From Bacteroides ovatus (GTDB lineage: Bacteria > Bacteroidota > Bacteroidia > Bacteroidales > Bacteroidaceae): DNA of 64,000 nt. The translations under genes were made by a program, and so were the position numbers. Every line of letters begins with the position of its first letter. Within the stretch, counting starts at the first letter, position 1. Under the pieces are notes generated by a model. That model searched no databases, had not been told where the DNA came from, and saw only the letters and a list, made by a program, of their open reading frames with translations. The stretch spans positions 14,367-78,366 of the forward strand of contig JAUUNK010000003.1 of the NCBI GenBank assembly GCA_030844565.1, written 5' to 3'. Of the stretch, positions 52,785 through 62,501 are shown piece after piece.

Positions 52785-55082
52785 ATGGAAAACATGAAAC
52801 ATTTACTTATCAAGTTACAAGCATTTTTAGTGGCGTCGGTGGTTGCCGCCGGCGTGTATGGACAAAAGTCTCCGGTCGATATGGACCGTTTCGTCAATGA
52901 ACTGATGAAGAAGATGACGCTGGAAGAGAAAATAGGCCAGTTGAACTTGCCGGTTACGGGCGAGATTACCACAGGACAAGCAAAAAGTAGCGACGTTGCC
53001 CGCCGCATCCGCGCAGGCGAAGTGGGTGGGCTCTTCAACCTCAAAGGAGTGGAACGCATTCGCGAGGTGCAGAAGCAGGCAGTGGAAGAAAGCCGTCTGG
53101 GCATCCCGCTGCTGTTCGGCATGGACGTGATACACGGATATGAAACTATATTTCCCATCCCGCTGGGGCTGTCGTGCACGTGGGATATGAAGGCAATCGA
53201 AGAGTCGGCGCGCATTGCAGCCATCGAGTCCAGTGCCGACGGCATTTGCTGGACGTTCAGCCCCATGGTAGACATCTGCCGGGACGCCCGCTGGGGACGC
53301 ATCTCGGAGGGCAGCGGCGAAGACCCCTTCCTCGGTGCAGCCATCGCCCGGGCTATGGTGCGCGGCTACCAGGGGAAAGACCTGAGCCGCAACGACGAGA
53401 TTATGGCTTGCGTAAAGCACTTCGCTTTGTATGGCGCTTCGGAAGCGGGACGTGATTATAACACGGTGGATATGAGCCACCAGCGGATGTTCAACGAATA
53501 TATGCTCCCTTACCAGGCTGCCGTAGAAGCCGGAGCAGGCAGCGTGATGGCTTCCTTCAACGAAGTGGATGGCATCCCCGCCACAGGAAACAAATGGCTG
53601 ATGACGGACGTGCTGCGCAAGCAATGGGGATTCGACGGCTTTGTGGTGACGGACTATACCGGCATTATGGAAATGACCGCCCACGGCATGGGCGACATGC
53701 AAACCGTAGGTGCCCTGGCTCTCAATGCAGGTGTGGACATGGATATGGTAAGCGATGCTTTCGTGGGTACGCTCAAGAAATCCCTGACAGAAGGTAAAGT
53801 GACGCAAGAAGCTATCGACACCGCCTGCCGCCGTATTCTGGAGGCTAAATATAAACTGGGATTGTTTGACGACCCTTATAAGTATTGTGACACCTCCCGC
53901 GCCCGCAAACAGATCTTCACGGCAGAACACCGGACCATCGCCCGCAAGACGGCTGCGGAAAGTTTCGTACTCCTGAAGAACGACGGCAACGTACTTCCGC
54001 TAGAAAAGAAAGGAACCATTGCCATAGTGGGTCCATTGGCAGACAGCCGTTCCAATATGCCGGGCACATGGAGCGTGGCGGCAGTGCTCAAGAACGCCGT
54101 CTCTCTGGCAGAAGGCTTGAAGACGGTGGCGGGCAGCAAAGCGGAAATCCTCACCGCCAAAGGCTGCAACCTCATGAGCGATGCCGAATACGAAAAGCGC
54201 GCCACCATGTTCGACCGTACTTTGCAACGCGACCAGCGCACGGACAAAGAATTGTTGGCGGAAGCACTGGCAGTAGCGGATAAGGCGGATGTGATAGTAG
54301 CCGCCCTGGGCGAATCGTCCGAGATGAGCGGGGAGAGCAGTTGCCGCACCGACCTTGAAATGACCGATACGCAACGCACTCTTCTGCAAGAGTTGCTCAA
54401 AACCGGCAAGCCTGTGGTGCTGGTGCTGTTTACGGGCCGCCCGCTGGTGCTCAACTGGGAGCAGGAAAATGTACCCGCCATCCTCAATGTATGGTTTGCA
54501 GGCAGCGAAGCCGGTCTTGCCATCGGCGATGTATTGTTCGGCAACGTCAATCCCGGCGGGAAGCTGACTACCACTTTCCCCAAGAGTGTAGGACAAATCC
54601 CCCTCTTCTACAACCACAAGAATACCGGACGCCCGCTAGCGGAAGGAGCCTGGTTCCAGAAGTTCCGCAGCAACTACCTGGATGTAGACAACGACCCGCT
54701 CTATCCCTTCGGATTCGGCTTGAGCTATACCTCCTTTTCTTATAGTGACATTACGCTGGATAAAACAACCCTGACCCCGGAAGGCGAACTGACTGCCACC
54801 ATCACCGTGACCAATACGGGCAAACGGGATGGCGCCGAAGTGGTACAGCTTTACATCCGCGACCTCGTAGGCAGTGTCACCCGCCCCGTAAAAGAGCTCA
54901 AAGGCTTTGAAAAGATCTTCCTCAAAGCTGGCGAATCACGCAAAGTATCTTTCCGCATTACTCCCGAGCTGTTGAAGTTCTACAACTATAATATAGAATT
55001 TGTATGCGAACCGGGAGATTTCGAAGTGATGATTGGCGGTAACAGCCGCGATGTGAAAAAAGCATCCTTCAAACTGCTCTAA
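52785..55082 (+). CDS. bglX: GH3 periplasmic beta-glucosidase BglX
   Basis: MTLEEKIGQLN, FGMDVIHG, RWGRISEGSGEDP, KHFALYG, nucleophile VTDY, SGESS and PLYPFGFGLSYT. Confidence 0.93.
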   Translation: MENMKHLLIKLQAFLVASVVAAGVYGQKSPVDMDRFVNELMKKMTLEEKIGQLNLPVTGEITTGQAKSSDVARRIRAGEVGGLFNLKGVERIREVQKQAVEESRLGIPLLFGMDVIHGYETIFPIPLGLSCTWDMKAIEESARIAAIESSADGICWTFSPMVDICRDARWGRISEGSGEDPFLGAAIARAMVRGYQGKDLSRNDEIMACVKHFALYGASEAGRDYNTVDMSHQRMFNEYMLPYQAAVEAGAGSVMASFNEVDGIPATGNKWLMTDVLRKQWGFDGFVVTDYTGIMEMTAHGMGDMQTVGALALNAGVDMDMVSDAFVGTLKKSLTEGKVTQEAIDTACRRILEAKYKLGLFDDPYKYCDTSRARKQIFTAEHRTIARKTAAESFVLLKNDGNVLPLEKKGTIAIVGPLADSRSNMPGTWSVAAVLKNAVSLAEGLKTVAGSKAEILTAKGCNLMSDAEYEKRATMFDRTLQRDQRTDKELLAEALAVADKADVIVAALGESSEMSGESSCRTDLEMTDTQRTLLQELLKTGKPVVLVLFTGRPLVLNWEQENVPAILNVWFAGSEAGLAIGDVLFGNVNPGGKLTTTFPKSVGQIPLFYNHKNTGRPLAEGAWFQKFRSNYLDVDNDPLYPFGFGLSYTSFSYSDITLDKTTLTPEGELTATITVTNTGKRDGAEVVQLYIRDLVGSVTRPVKELKGFEKIFLKAGESRKVSFRITPELLKFYNYNIEFVCEPGDFEVMIGGNSRDVKKASFKLL

Positions 55083-55090
55083 TGCCATAA

Positions 55091-55116
55091 GTCCCTGCCG
55101 GAGAGTTGGCAGGGAC
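55091..55116 (+). other. GC-rich stem-loop directly after bglX
   Basis: gtccctgcc/ggcagggac, 9-bp stem, no U-tract. Confidence 0.55.
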
Positions 55117-55160
55117 CCATGTTATAAAGGGTAACTCGACAGGTCTTAAAGGGCGGCTTA

Positions 55161-55255
55161 TTGCCTATATATTGCCAGCGTGTTGCCAATAGCTTGGCAA
55201 CACCTTGCCAAAGGATGGGCAACACTTTGCCAAACTATTGGCAACACATGGGCGA
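55161..55255. repeat. 11-bp-periodic palindromic repeat (TTGCCAA and TTGGCAA-type cores), REP-like
   Basis: ttgcctatata|ttgccagcgtg|ttgccaatagc|ttggcaacacc|ttgccaaagga|tgggcaacact|ttgccaaacta|ttggcaacaca|tgggcga. Confidence 0.8.
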
Positions 55256-55314
55256 TAGAGGACTATACCCTGAAATATTATCTCCTGATATTCAATCACA
55301 TAATACATACCGTA

Positions 55315-55401
55315 GTAGTAATAAAGTAGTGTTTTTCGCTACGGTGGTACTCTTGTCGTATCCTCTTATTTGGACGCATACGGCAGAAGGCTCTATGTTT
55401 G
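55315..55401 (+). promoter_or_regulatory. Candidate operator/promoter of susC4
   Basis: GTAGT at 55315 and 55326, GTACTCTTGTCGTA at 55347-55360, and -7 TATGTTTG at 55394-55401. Confidence 0.6.
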
Positions 55402-55426
55402 CATACGAATTTTAAATCAATACAAA

Positions 55427-58400
55427 ATGAAGAAAAATCTACTAATTACATGCACAATGTTACTGTTTGCTGTCATGCTGGCGGCACAGAACAAAATTAC
55501 TGTTTCGGGTATCGTCACGGACAAAACCGGGGAAGCTGTTATCGGCGCTTCCATTCGGGTAAAAGGGGAGGCGAATAAAGGAAGTATCACCGACATCGAC
55601 GGTAAATATCAGATTACGCAAGTTGCCGCAAATGCCACTTTAGTATTTAGTTACATTGGCATGCGTGAGCAGGAAGTGTCAGTCAACGGACGTGCTTCGG
55701 TTAACGTGAAAATGGAAGAAGACAGTCAACTGATTGACGAAGTAGTGGTAGTAGGATATGGTAGCGCCAAGAAACGCGACCTGACAGGGTCCATCGTCAC
55801 CGTAAAAGCTACAGAGATTGCTTCGAAACCCTCTTCCAATCCATTAGCTTCTATTCAGGGAAAGATTGCCGGTGTGCAAGTGGTGAACACGGGTCGCGCG
55901 GGACAGGACCCCGAAATCCGTGTCCGCGGAACCAACTCCATCAACGGTTATACACCCCTCTACGTGGTGGACGGGCTGTTCACCGATAACATCAACTATC
56001 TGAATACAGCCGACATCGAGTCGATGGAAATTCTCAAAGACCCTTCCTCCTTGGCAATCTTCGGTGTGCGCGGCGCCAACGGTGTCATCATTATCACCAC
56101 GAAGAAAGCGAAAGCGGGAAAGACCCGCGTCAACATCAACGGCTCAGTAGGCTGGAAGAAGGTTACCGACCGGGTGAGCCTCACCAATGCCGAACAATTC
56201 AAGATGCTCTACAACGAACAACGAATGAATCAGGGCGCCGACCCGTATGACTACACCGTGTGGAATGCCGATACCGATTGGCAGGACGAGATGTTCCAGA
56301 CGGGCTTTCTCACCAACAACACCATCAGCATCACCGCGGCAGGCGAGCGAAGCAAGTTCTATCTCGGTCTGGGCTACATCATGGAAGAAGGCTCCATACA
56401 GAGCGAGAAGCTGAATAAGTTTACCGTCAACCTGCACAGCGAGCACGAAGTGACCGATTTCCTGCGCTTCGGCTTCCAGGTGAACGGCGTGCGCACGCTG
56501 GCTCCCGATGCAAAAGGTGTGGACTCTGCCTTGAAGGCTGCGCCGATTGCTCCTATCTATGATAAAGAAAGCGGTCTTCTGCACACCCTCCCCGACTTTC
56601 AGCGGGCACAGGTATGGAATCCTATGATCGAACCCGTCTTGCAGGGTGCTCACAACAAGTCCGCCAACTACCGCATGGCGGGAAACATCTACGGCGAACT
56701 GGATATTATGAAGAACCTCACCTTCAAGGCTACCTTCTCTCTGGACTATGCCTCCAACCAGGCACGCTCCTACTCTCCGCTTATCTACGTGTATAATCCC
56801 GATGTGGAAGGCGGCAAAGAAAGATTGAGCGACAAAGAGAGCGTAAGCCAATCCAAGTCTACTTCTATGGCGGCTCAGTCGGACTATGTGTTGACCTACA
56901 CCAACCAGTTCGGCAACCACGGGCTGACCCTGACGGCAGGTCTCACCACTAATTATAATGAATATTCCGATTTGTCCGGTGGCCGCAGCCAGTTGCCCGG
57001 CTACGGTATTCCTATTGGTGAGAACCCGGATAAATGGTGGATCAGTATTATTGATGACGCCACTTCGGCAACTAACGGCGGTAGCCAATACAAGCGCTTC
57101 ACGATGTCATATCTCTTCCGCGCACTGTATAACTACAAAAACCGCTACTTGTTCAATGCTTCTTTCCGCCGCGACGGTTCGTCGGTATTTAAGAGAACAG
57201 GCAACACATGGGACAACTTCTATTCCTTCGGCGCCGGCTGGGTGTTGAGCGAGGAGAGCTTCATGCAACAGCAAAATGTCATCAACTACCTCAAACTCAA
57301 GGGTTCATGGGGCGTTCTGGGTAGTCAGAACACAGGTGGCTCCCACTACCCCGCTTTTCCCAATATCACAAGCTCGGGTTCTGCAGTCTTTGGCGACAAC
57401 ATCATCGCAGGCAAGGGACCGGATAAACTGGTATCTCAAACACTCGGCTGGGAACGAAATTACTCTTGGGAAGCAGGCTTCGACATGCATCTGTTCGGCG
57501 ACCGGTTGAGCCTCTCTCCCGTCTACTACAACAAGACGACGAAAGACTTGCTCACCACTATTCCCGGCATCTCGGGTACTGTCCCGGCATTACAGAACAC
57601 AGGTAAAATCCGCAACCGCGGCTTCGAGCTGACAGCCTCGTGGAACGACAATATTGGCAAAGACTGGCGCTATGGAGTGTCTGCCAACCTGACTACAATA
57701 GACAACGAAGTGCTTTCCCTGGTAAGCAAGGATTACTCCATCATCAACGGTGTGTCCCGCGTATCCGAAGGCTATCCCATCGGTTACTTCTACGGTTACA
57801 AAGTGGCGGGCGTCTATCAGAACGAAACGGACATCGAGCTTTCCGCTCCCAACAAAGTGGGGACTGTGAAACCGGGCGACTTGAAATTTGCCGATGTAGA
57901 CGGTGACGGAGAGATTACGGAGAAAGACCGCACGATGATTGGCAATCCCACACCGGACTTCACATACGGCTTCTCGGTAAGCCTGGGTTACAAAAACTTC
58001 GATTTAAGCGTAGATATGATGGGAGTTTACGGCAACGAAGTCTATCGCAACTGGGACGGCAGCGCCTATGCACAGTTCAACTACCGCACTGAACGGCTGA
58101 ACCGCTGGCACGGTGAGGGTACTTCCAACTGGGAACCCATTCTCGACCCTTCGCGTTCCATCAATCTCGAAGCTTCTTCCTACTTTGTGGAAGACGGCAG
58201 CTTCTTCCGTATCCGCAACATCGAGCTGGGCTATACCTTCGACCCACGCCTGCTGAGCCGCATCAAGTTGCAGTCTCTGCGCCTTTATGCTAATATCCAG
58301 AACCTCAAGACATGGAGCCGCAACAGCGGATACACCCCCGAAGTAGGCGGTAGCGCCACTAGCTTCGGCATAGACGGCGGCGGTTATCCGATGCCGGCAA

Positions 58401-58432
58401 TTTACACAGTAGGTTTTAATTTATCATTCTAA
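55427..58432 (+). CDS. susC: SusC/RagA TonB-dependent transporter (pair 4)
   Basis: DEVVVVGYG, LKDPSSLAIFGVRGANGVIIITTK and a C-terminal Phe. Start set at MKKNLL (55427). Confidence 0.95.
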   Translation: MKKNLLITCTMLLFAVMLAAQNKITVSGIVTDKTGEAVIGASIRVKGEANKGSITDIDGKYQITQVAANATLVFSYIGMREQEVSVNGRASVNVKMEEDSQLIDEVVVVGYGSAKKRDLTGSIVTVKATEIASKPSSNPLASIQGKIAGVQVVNTGRAGQDPEIRVRGTNSINGYTPLYVVDGLFTDNINYLNTADIESMEILKDPSSLAIFGVRGANGVIIITTKKAKAGKTRVNINGSVGWKKVTDRVSLTNAEQFKMLYNEQRMNQGADPYDYTVWNADTDWQDEMFQTGFLTNNTISITAAGERSKFYLGLGYIMEEGSIQSEKLNKFTVNLHSEHEVTDFLRFGFQVNGVRTLAPDAKGVDSALKAAPIAPIYDKESGLLHTLPDFQRAQVWNPMIEPVLQGAHNKSANYRMAGNIYGELDIMKNLTFKATFSLDYASNQARSYSPLIYVYNPDVEGGKERLSDKESVSQSKSTSMAAQSDYVLTYTNQFGNHGLTLTAGLTTNYNEYSDLSGGRSQLPGYGIPIGENPDKWWISIIDDATSATNGGSQYKRFTMSYLFRALYNYKNRYLFNASFRRDGSSVFKRTGNTWDNFYSFGAGWVLSEESFMQQQNVINYLKLKGSWGVLGSQNTGGSHYPAFPNITSSGSAVFGDNIIAGKGPDKLVSQTLGWERNYSWEAGFDMHLFGDRLSLSPVYYNKTTKDLLTTIPGISGTVPALQNTGKIRNRGFELTASWNDNIGKDWRYGVSANLTTIDNEVLSLVSKDYSIINGVSRVSEGYPIGYFYGYKVAGVYQNETDIELSAPNKVGTVKPGDLKFADVDGDGEITEKDRTMIGNPTPDFTYGFSVSLGYKNFDLSVDMMGVYGNEVYRNWDGSAYAQFNYRTERLNRWHGEGTSNWEPILDPSRSINLEASSYFVEDGSFFRIRNIELGYTFDPRLLSRIKLQSLRLYANIQNLKTWSRNSGYTPEVGGSATSFGIDGGGYPMPAIYTVGFNLSF

Positions 58433-58460
58433 ACATGCAATCTAATAACAGAAGAACAGT

Positions 58461-59978
58461 ATGAAAAAAATATTTTATTATGTGATAGCTTTGGCAATGG
58501 GATGTTCCCAGATGTCATGCAGTGATTTGCTCGACCAGCAACCGCAGGGAGTCTTGACAGAAGAAGACTTGACTGGCGGAACCTACGAGACACAGGTTTT
58601 TAATATGTACGCCCTCCTGCGGGGTTTCCATCTCACTACCGGAAACACGGCGCTGGCTATCCACGGCATGCGCTCCGAGGATGCCGAGAAGGGAAGTACC
58701 CTGGCTGACGGGTCAGCCACAGCCAAAATGTTCGATGATTTTGAATATGCGGCAAGCAACGAAATGATTAAAAGCTATTGGAATGCCAACTACACCGTGA
58801 TTCATAAAGCCAACGACATCCTGACCGAAATGAAGAACAATGCTTCGCTCACCAACGGAGACTTGGTGAACAAGGGAGAAGCCCTGTTTATGCGTGCTTT
58901 CTGCTATTTCAATTTGGTACGTGCCTTTGGCGAAGTGCCTCTTATCGACTTTAAAGTCGTAGAAGCGGCAGATGCCAATATACCCAAATCATCCGTAGAC
59001 AAGATTTATGCACTTATCGACGATGACCTGACGGATGCGGAGACCTATCTGCCCCGCACATGGGAGGCGCAGTACATCGGACGCCTCACCTGGGGAGCAG
59101 CCCGCTCGCTTCACGCGCGCACCTATATGATGCGTAACGACTGGGGCCAGATGCGCGCAGCAGCAGAAGATGTCATCACCTCCGGCTTATACAACCTGAA
59201 CACTCCCTACGAAAACATCTTCCGGGAAAAAGGAGAGAATTGCAGTGAGTCCGTCTTCGAACTGCAATGCACAGCTACCGCCGCCTTGCCAGGTAGTAAC
59301 GACATCGGAAGCCAATTTGCCAGTGTACAAGGTGTACGCGGAGCCGGCGAATGGGACCTGGGTTGGGGACAGCATACACCCACCCAACTACTAGCGGATG
59401 CTTTCGAAGAAGGCGACCCGCGCAAAAACGAAACATTACTCTATTTCATCCGCACAGGGGAAGATCCGTCTACCATACCTGCCAACCAGCCTTATAGCGA
59501 GAAACCTGTAGCAAATGCCGACGTGATAGCAAAGTACTTTAATAAGAAAGCATACACCGACCCGGCATTGCGCAAGCAATATACAAAAGGAGGGTATTGG
59601 GTGAACATACGCATCATTCGCTACTCCGATGTAGTGCTGATGGCTGCTGAGGCTGCCTGCGAACTGAACGACAGGAAAGCTGCCCGCGACTACCTGGAAA
59701 TGGTACGCAGCCGTGCCCGCGGCAACAACCCGGCTATCCTGCCCGAAGTGACCACCGACGACCCCGAAGAACTGCGCCAAGCCATCCGCCACGAACGCCG
59801 GGTGGAGTTGGGAATGGAATTCGACCGCTTCTACGACCTGGTGCGCTGGGGTGTTGCTAAAGAAGTGCTCCATGCGGCAGGAAAGACCGGTTATCAGGAC
59901 AAACACGCTCTCCTTCCCCTGCCTCAGGACGAAGTGGACAAGTCGAACGGCGTATTAGTTCAAAATCCTAATTATTAA
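58461..59978 (+). CDS. susD: SusD/RagB lipoprotein (pair 4)
   Basis: Lipobox MSC followed by SDLLD, plus IRYSDVVLMAAEA, ERRVELGMEFDRFYDLVRWG and QNPNY. Confidence 0.95.
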   Translation: MKKIFYYVIALAMGCSQMSCSDLLDQQPQGVLTEEDLTGGTYETQVFNMYALLRGFHLTTGNTALAIHGMRSEDAEKGSTLADGSATAKMFDDFEYAASNEMIKSYWNANYTVIHKANDILTEMKNNASLTNGDLVNKGEALFMRAFCYFNLVRAFGEVPLIDFKVVEAADANIPKSSVDKIYALIDDDLTDAETYLPRTWEAQYIGRLTWGAARSLHARTYMMRNDWGQMRAAAEDVITSGLYNLNTPYENIFREKGENCSESVFELQCTATAALPGSNDIGSQFASVQGVRGAGEWDLGWGQHTPTQLLADAFEEGDPRKNETLLYFIRTGEDPSTIPANQPYSEKPVANADVIAKYFNKKAYTDPALRKQYTKGGYWVNIRIIRYSDVVLMAAEAACELNDRKAARDYLEMVRSRARGNNPAILPEVTTDDPEELRQAIRHERRVELGMEFDRFYDLVRWGVAKEVLHAAGKTGYQDKHALLPLPQDEVDKSNGVLVQNPNY

Positions 59979-60000
59979 CCCTTTTAATAGTATATCGACC

Positions 60001-60837
60001 ATGAAAAAATACATTAACTCCTTACTGGCATTATGCCTCTCCGCCTTTACCCTGCAATCTTGCTTCCAGGATATGGATGAGCCCGCTTTCGACTATCCCG
60101 CAAGCGGAGCCGCCAAAGAATACTCACCCCTGAAGATGCTGTTGCCTTTCGAGAACGAGGTACGTGATAAAAGCAACTACACTTTCCTGATGACCGCCAA
60201 CGGCGACGCGAAGTTCGCAGAAGACGGTATCAACGGGAAAGCTTATCAAGGTGCAACAAACGCTTATTTGTTGGCGCGCATCCCCTCCTATCTGAGTGAC
60301 AGCATCTCCAATCTGAAAAGCTGCACCGTGGCTTTCTGGATGAAAGCGGCAAAGAATACCACAGGACAGGGGCTATTTACCATTCCAAACATCGTTAAGT
60401 TCTGGGGTAACTTCGACATTTTCCTCGAGAATCATAACAGCCCGACCCAAGCTTTCTTCAAGATGCACATCCTGAACCAGACTTCAAAAGAGGACGATGA
60501 AAGATGGGTGGAAGCCAAAATTGACGACGTATTTGGAGACGAATGGGTGCATCTGGCTTTCGTATACGATGGACAGACTTCGACGATAACCATTTACAGA
60601 AACGGAGAATCAGCCTTCACCAAGGAACTCACCGGCTGTGGAGAACTGAAATTCAAGGATGTAGGCACTACGTTAGCTATCGGAGCCTTCCAGTTCACCA
60701 CTACCCCCAGCCTCACCAGCGGAGCCGAAGCGCAATCGTGGTCCGCCAACTTTCCGGGAGAACTCGATCAGTTCCGCTTCTACGACCGGGCAATGCCCGC
60801 CTCACAAATACAACAACTCTATTCTTCCAAAGAATGA
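60001..60837 (+). CDS. LamG/concanavalin A-like surface lipoprotein (putative glycan-binding)
   Basis: Lipobox QSC followed by FQDMDE, plus TVAFWMK, WVHLAFVYDG and GELDQFRFYDRAM. Confidence 0.85.
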   Translation: MKKYINSLLALCLSAFTLQSCFQDMDEPAFDYPASGAAKEYSPLKMLLPFENEVRDKSNYTFLMTANGDAKFAEDGINGKAYQGATNAYLLARIPSYLSDSISNLKSCTVAFWMKAAKNTTGQGLFTIPNIVKFWGNFDIFLENHNSPTQAFFKMHILNQTSKEDDERWVEAKIDDVFGDEWVHLAFVYDGQTSTITIYRNGESAFTKELTGCGELKFKDVGTTLAIGAFQFTTTPSLTSGAEAQSWSANFPGELDQFRFYDRAMPASQIQQLYSSKE

Positions 60838-62495
60838 TAATGATGAAGAAGATAATGAAAGCCATTTATTTCGTGCTGTGCATCTGGCTCGTCTCATGCA
60901 GCAAAGGCGAGGATGCAGAAACAGCACGCGCCTTCGAACTGAAGAGTGTTTCGATAGGCGAACAGCATAATCAAAGTACCTTTGAGAACGTATCGCCCGA
61001 TGCCGAGATTCTGCTGGAGTTTACAGATATGCCCGAAGAAGCTTCGGTCAAGGGAAACATCTCCCTGAAACTGGAAGAGAACGCAGTGGGCTACACATTT
61101 GAGTCACGGACAGGCAACAAGCTGGTGCTGACTCCTACAGGTGGGCTGAAGATGTTGTCTTCCTATAAGTTGGTAATCAATCCGGGGGTGAAGTCCACCT
61201 CCGGGACACCGCTTGCGAGCGGCAAAGTATGTATCATCCGCACGGGCATAGACAACTCGGACAAGTTCGAGCGCATCCCCGATGAAGAGTTGCTGACCCT
61301 GGTGCAGCGGCAAACCTTTAAATACTTCTGGAACTTCGGACACGCCCACTCCGGCATGGCACGCGAGCGGACCACCTCAGGAGATGTAGTGACCACGGGC
61401 GGCACAGGCTTCGGAGTGATGGCGATGCTGGTAGCTGCGGAAAGAGGTTTCGTCACCCGCAACGAAGCATTGCAACGGGTACAGAAGATTGTTACTTTCC
61501 TCAACAAGGAATGCACCTCCTATCATGGCGCTTATGCCCACTGGATTAACGGAGCTACGGGCGAAACCAAACCTTTCAGCGAGAAAGACGACGGAGCGGA
61601 TTTGGTGGAAACCTCCTTGCTGTTCCAGGGATTGCTTGCCGCACGGGCTTACTTCAACGAAAACACCGAAGCGGAGAACACGCTGCGCGCCGACATCACC
61701 CGTCTGTGGGAAGCTATTGAATGGACCTGGTTCCAACAGGACGGACAATCGGTACTGTATTGGCATTGGAGCCCCCGCTACGGTTTTGAAAAGAATCTTC
61801 CCATCCGCGGATGGAACGAGTGCCTGATAACGTATGTGCTTGCCGCCTCGTCGCCCACGCATTCCATCGACAAGTCTGTCTACGACGCCGGGTGGGCAAG
61901 GAACGGCAGCATCCGCAACGGAAATACCTATTACGGATATAAGCTCCCGCTCGGCTCCGAGAAGGGAGGGCCCCTGTTCTTGTCCCACTACTCTTTCCTC
62001 GGCATCGACCCTCAGGGACTAAAAGACGCTTATGCCGATTACTGGGAACAAAACCGCTACCATGCCCTGATAAACTACAGCTACTGCGTGGAGAATCCCC
62101 GGAAATATGCGGGCTACGGAACTTCCTGCTGGGGACTGACCGCCAGCGACGGCGACAGCGGCTACTCCGCCCACTCGCCTACGAACGACAAAGGAGTGAT
62201 TGCCCCCACGGCTGCCCTCTCGTCTTTCCCCTACACACCGGAACAATCGCTGGAGGCATTGCATTTCTTTTATTATAAGATGGGAGACAAACTGTGGAGA
62301 GACTACGGCTTTGTAGATGCCTTTAACCTGACGGAAGGCTGGTATGACAATCAGTGTATAGCCATCGACCAGGGTCCCATCGTCTGCATGATAGAAAATT
62401 ACCGTTCGGGGATGCTTTGGAAGTTATTCATGGCTATCCCGGAAATCCGGCAGGGATTGAAGAAATTAGGTTTTGAAAGTCCCGCCCTCAATTAA
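60834..62495 (+). CDS. GH144 endo-beta-1,2-glucanase-like lipoprotein with an N-terminal Ig-like domain
   Basis: Lipobox VSC followed by SKGED, VQRQTFKYFW, SGMARER, GGTGFG, KDDGADLVET, GWNE, GPLFLSHYS, WGLTASD and AIDQGP. Start set at 60834 (ATGA overlap); 60840 and 60843 are alternatives. Confidence 0.88.
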   Translation: MIMMKKIMKAIYFVLCIWLVSCSKGEDAETARAFELKSVSIGEQHNQSTFENVSPDAEILLEFTDMPEEASVKGNISLKLEENAVGYTFESRTGNKLVLTPTGGLKMLSSYKLVINPGVKSTSGTPLASGKVCIIRTGIDNSDKFERIPDEELLTLVQRQTFKYFWNFGHAHSGMARERTTSGDVVTTGGTGFGVMAMLVAAERGFVTRNEALQRVQKIVTFLNKECTSYHGAYAHWINGATGETKPFSEKDDGADLVETSLLFQGLLAARAYFNENTEAENTLRADITRLWEAIEWTWFQQDGQSVLYWHWSPRYGFEKNLPIRGWNECLITYVLAASSPTHSIDKSVYDAGWARNGSIRNGNTYYGYKLPLGSEKGGPLFLSHYSFLGIDPQGLKDAYADYWEQNRYHALINYSYCVENPRKYAGYGTSCWGLTASDGDSGYSAHSPTNDKGVIAPTAALSSFPYTPEQSLEALHFFYYKMGDKLWRDYGFVDAFNLTEGWYDNQCIAIDQGPIVCMIENYRSGMLWKLFMAIPEIRQGLKKLGFESPALN

Positions 62496-62501
62496 TATAG
62501 T

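Noticed and set aside
55161..55415. 84-aa ORF (MPIYCQRVANSLATPCQ...), or a possible CRISPR array
   Set aside because: The pseudo-repetitive peptide comes from the 11/22-bp DNA repeat. The units are too short for CRISPR, lack unique spacers, and there are no cas genes.
60543..60833. N-terminal extension of GH144 in the ORF track, and similar extensions at 49680, 55370, 9323, 11453 and 18506
   Set aside because: These overlap upstream genes or promoter regions, and the signal peptides or domain starts begin at downstream ATGs.
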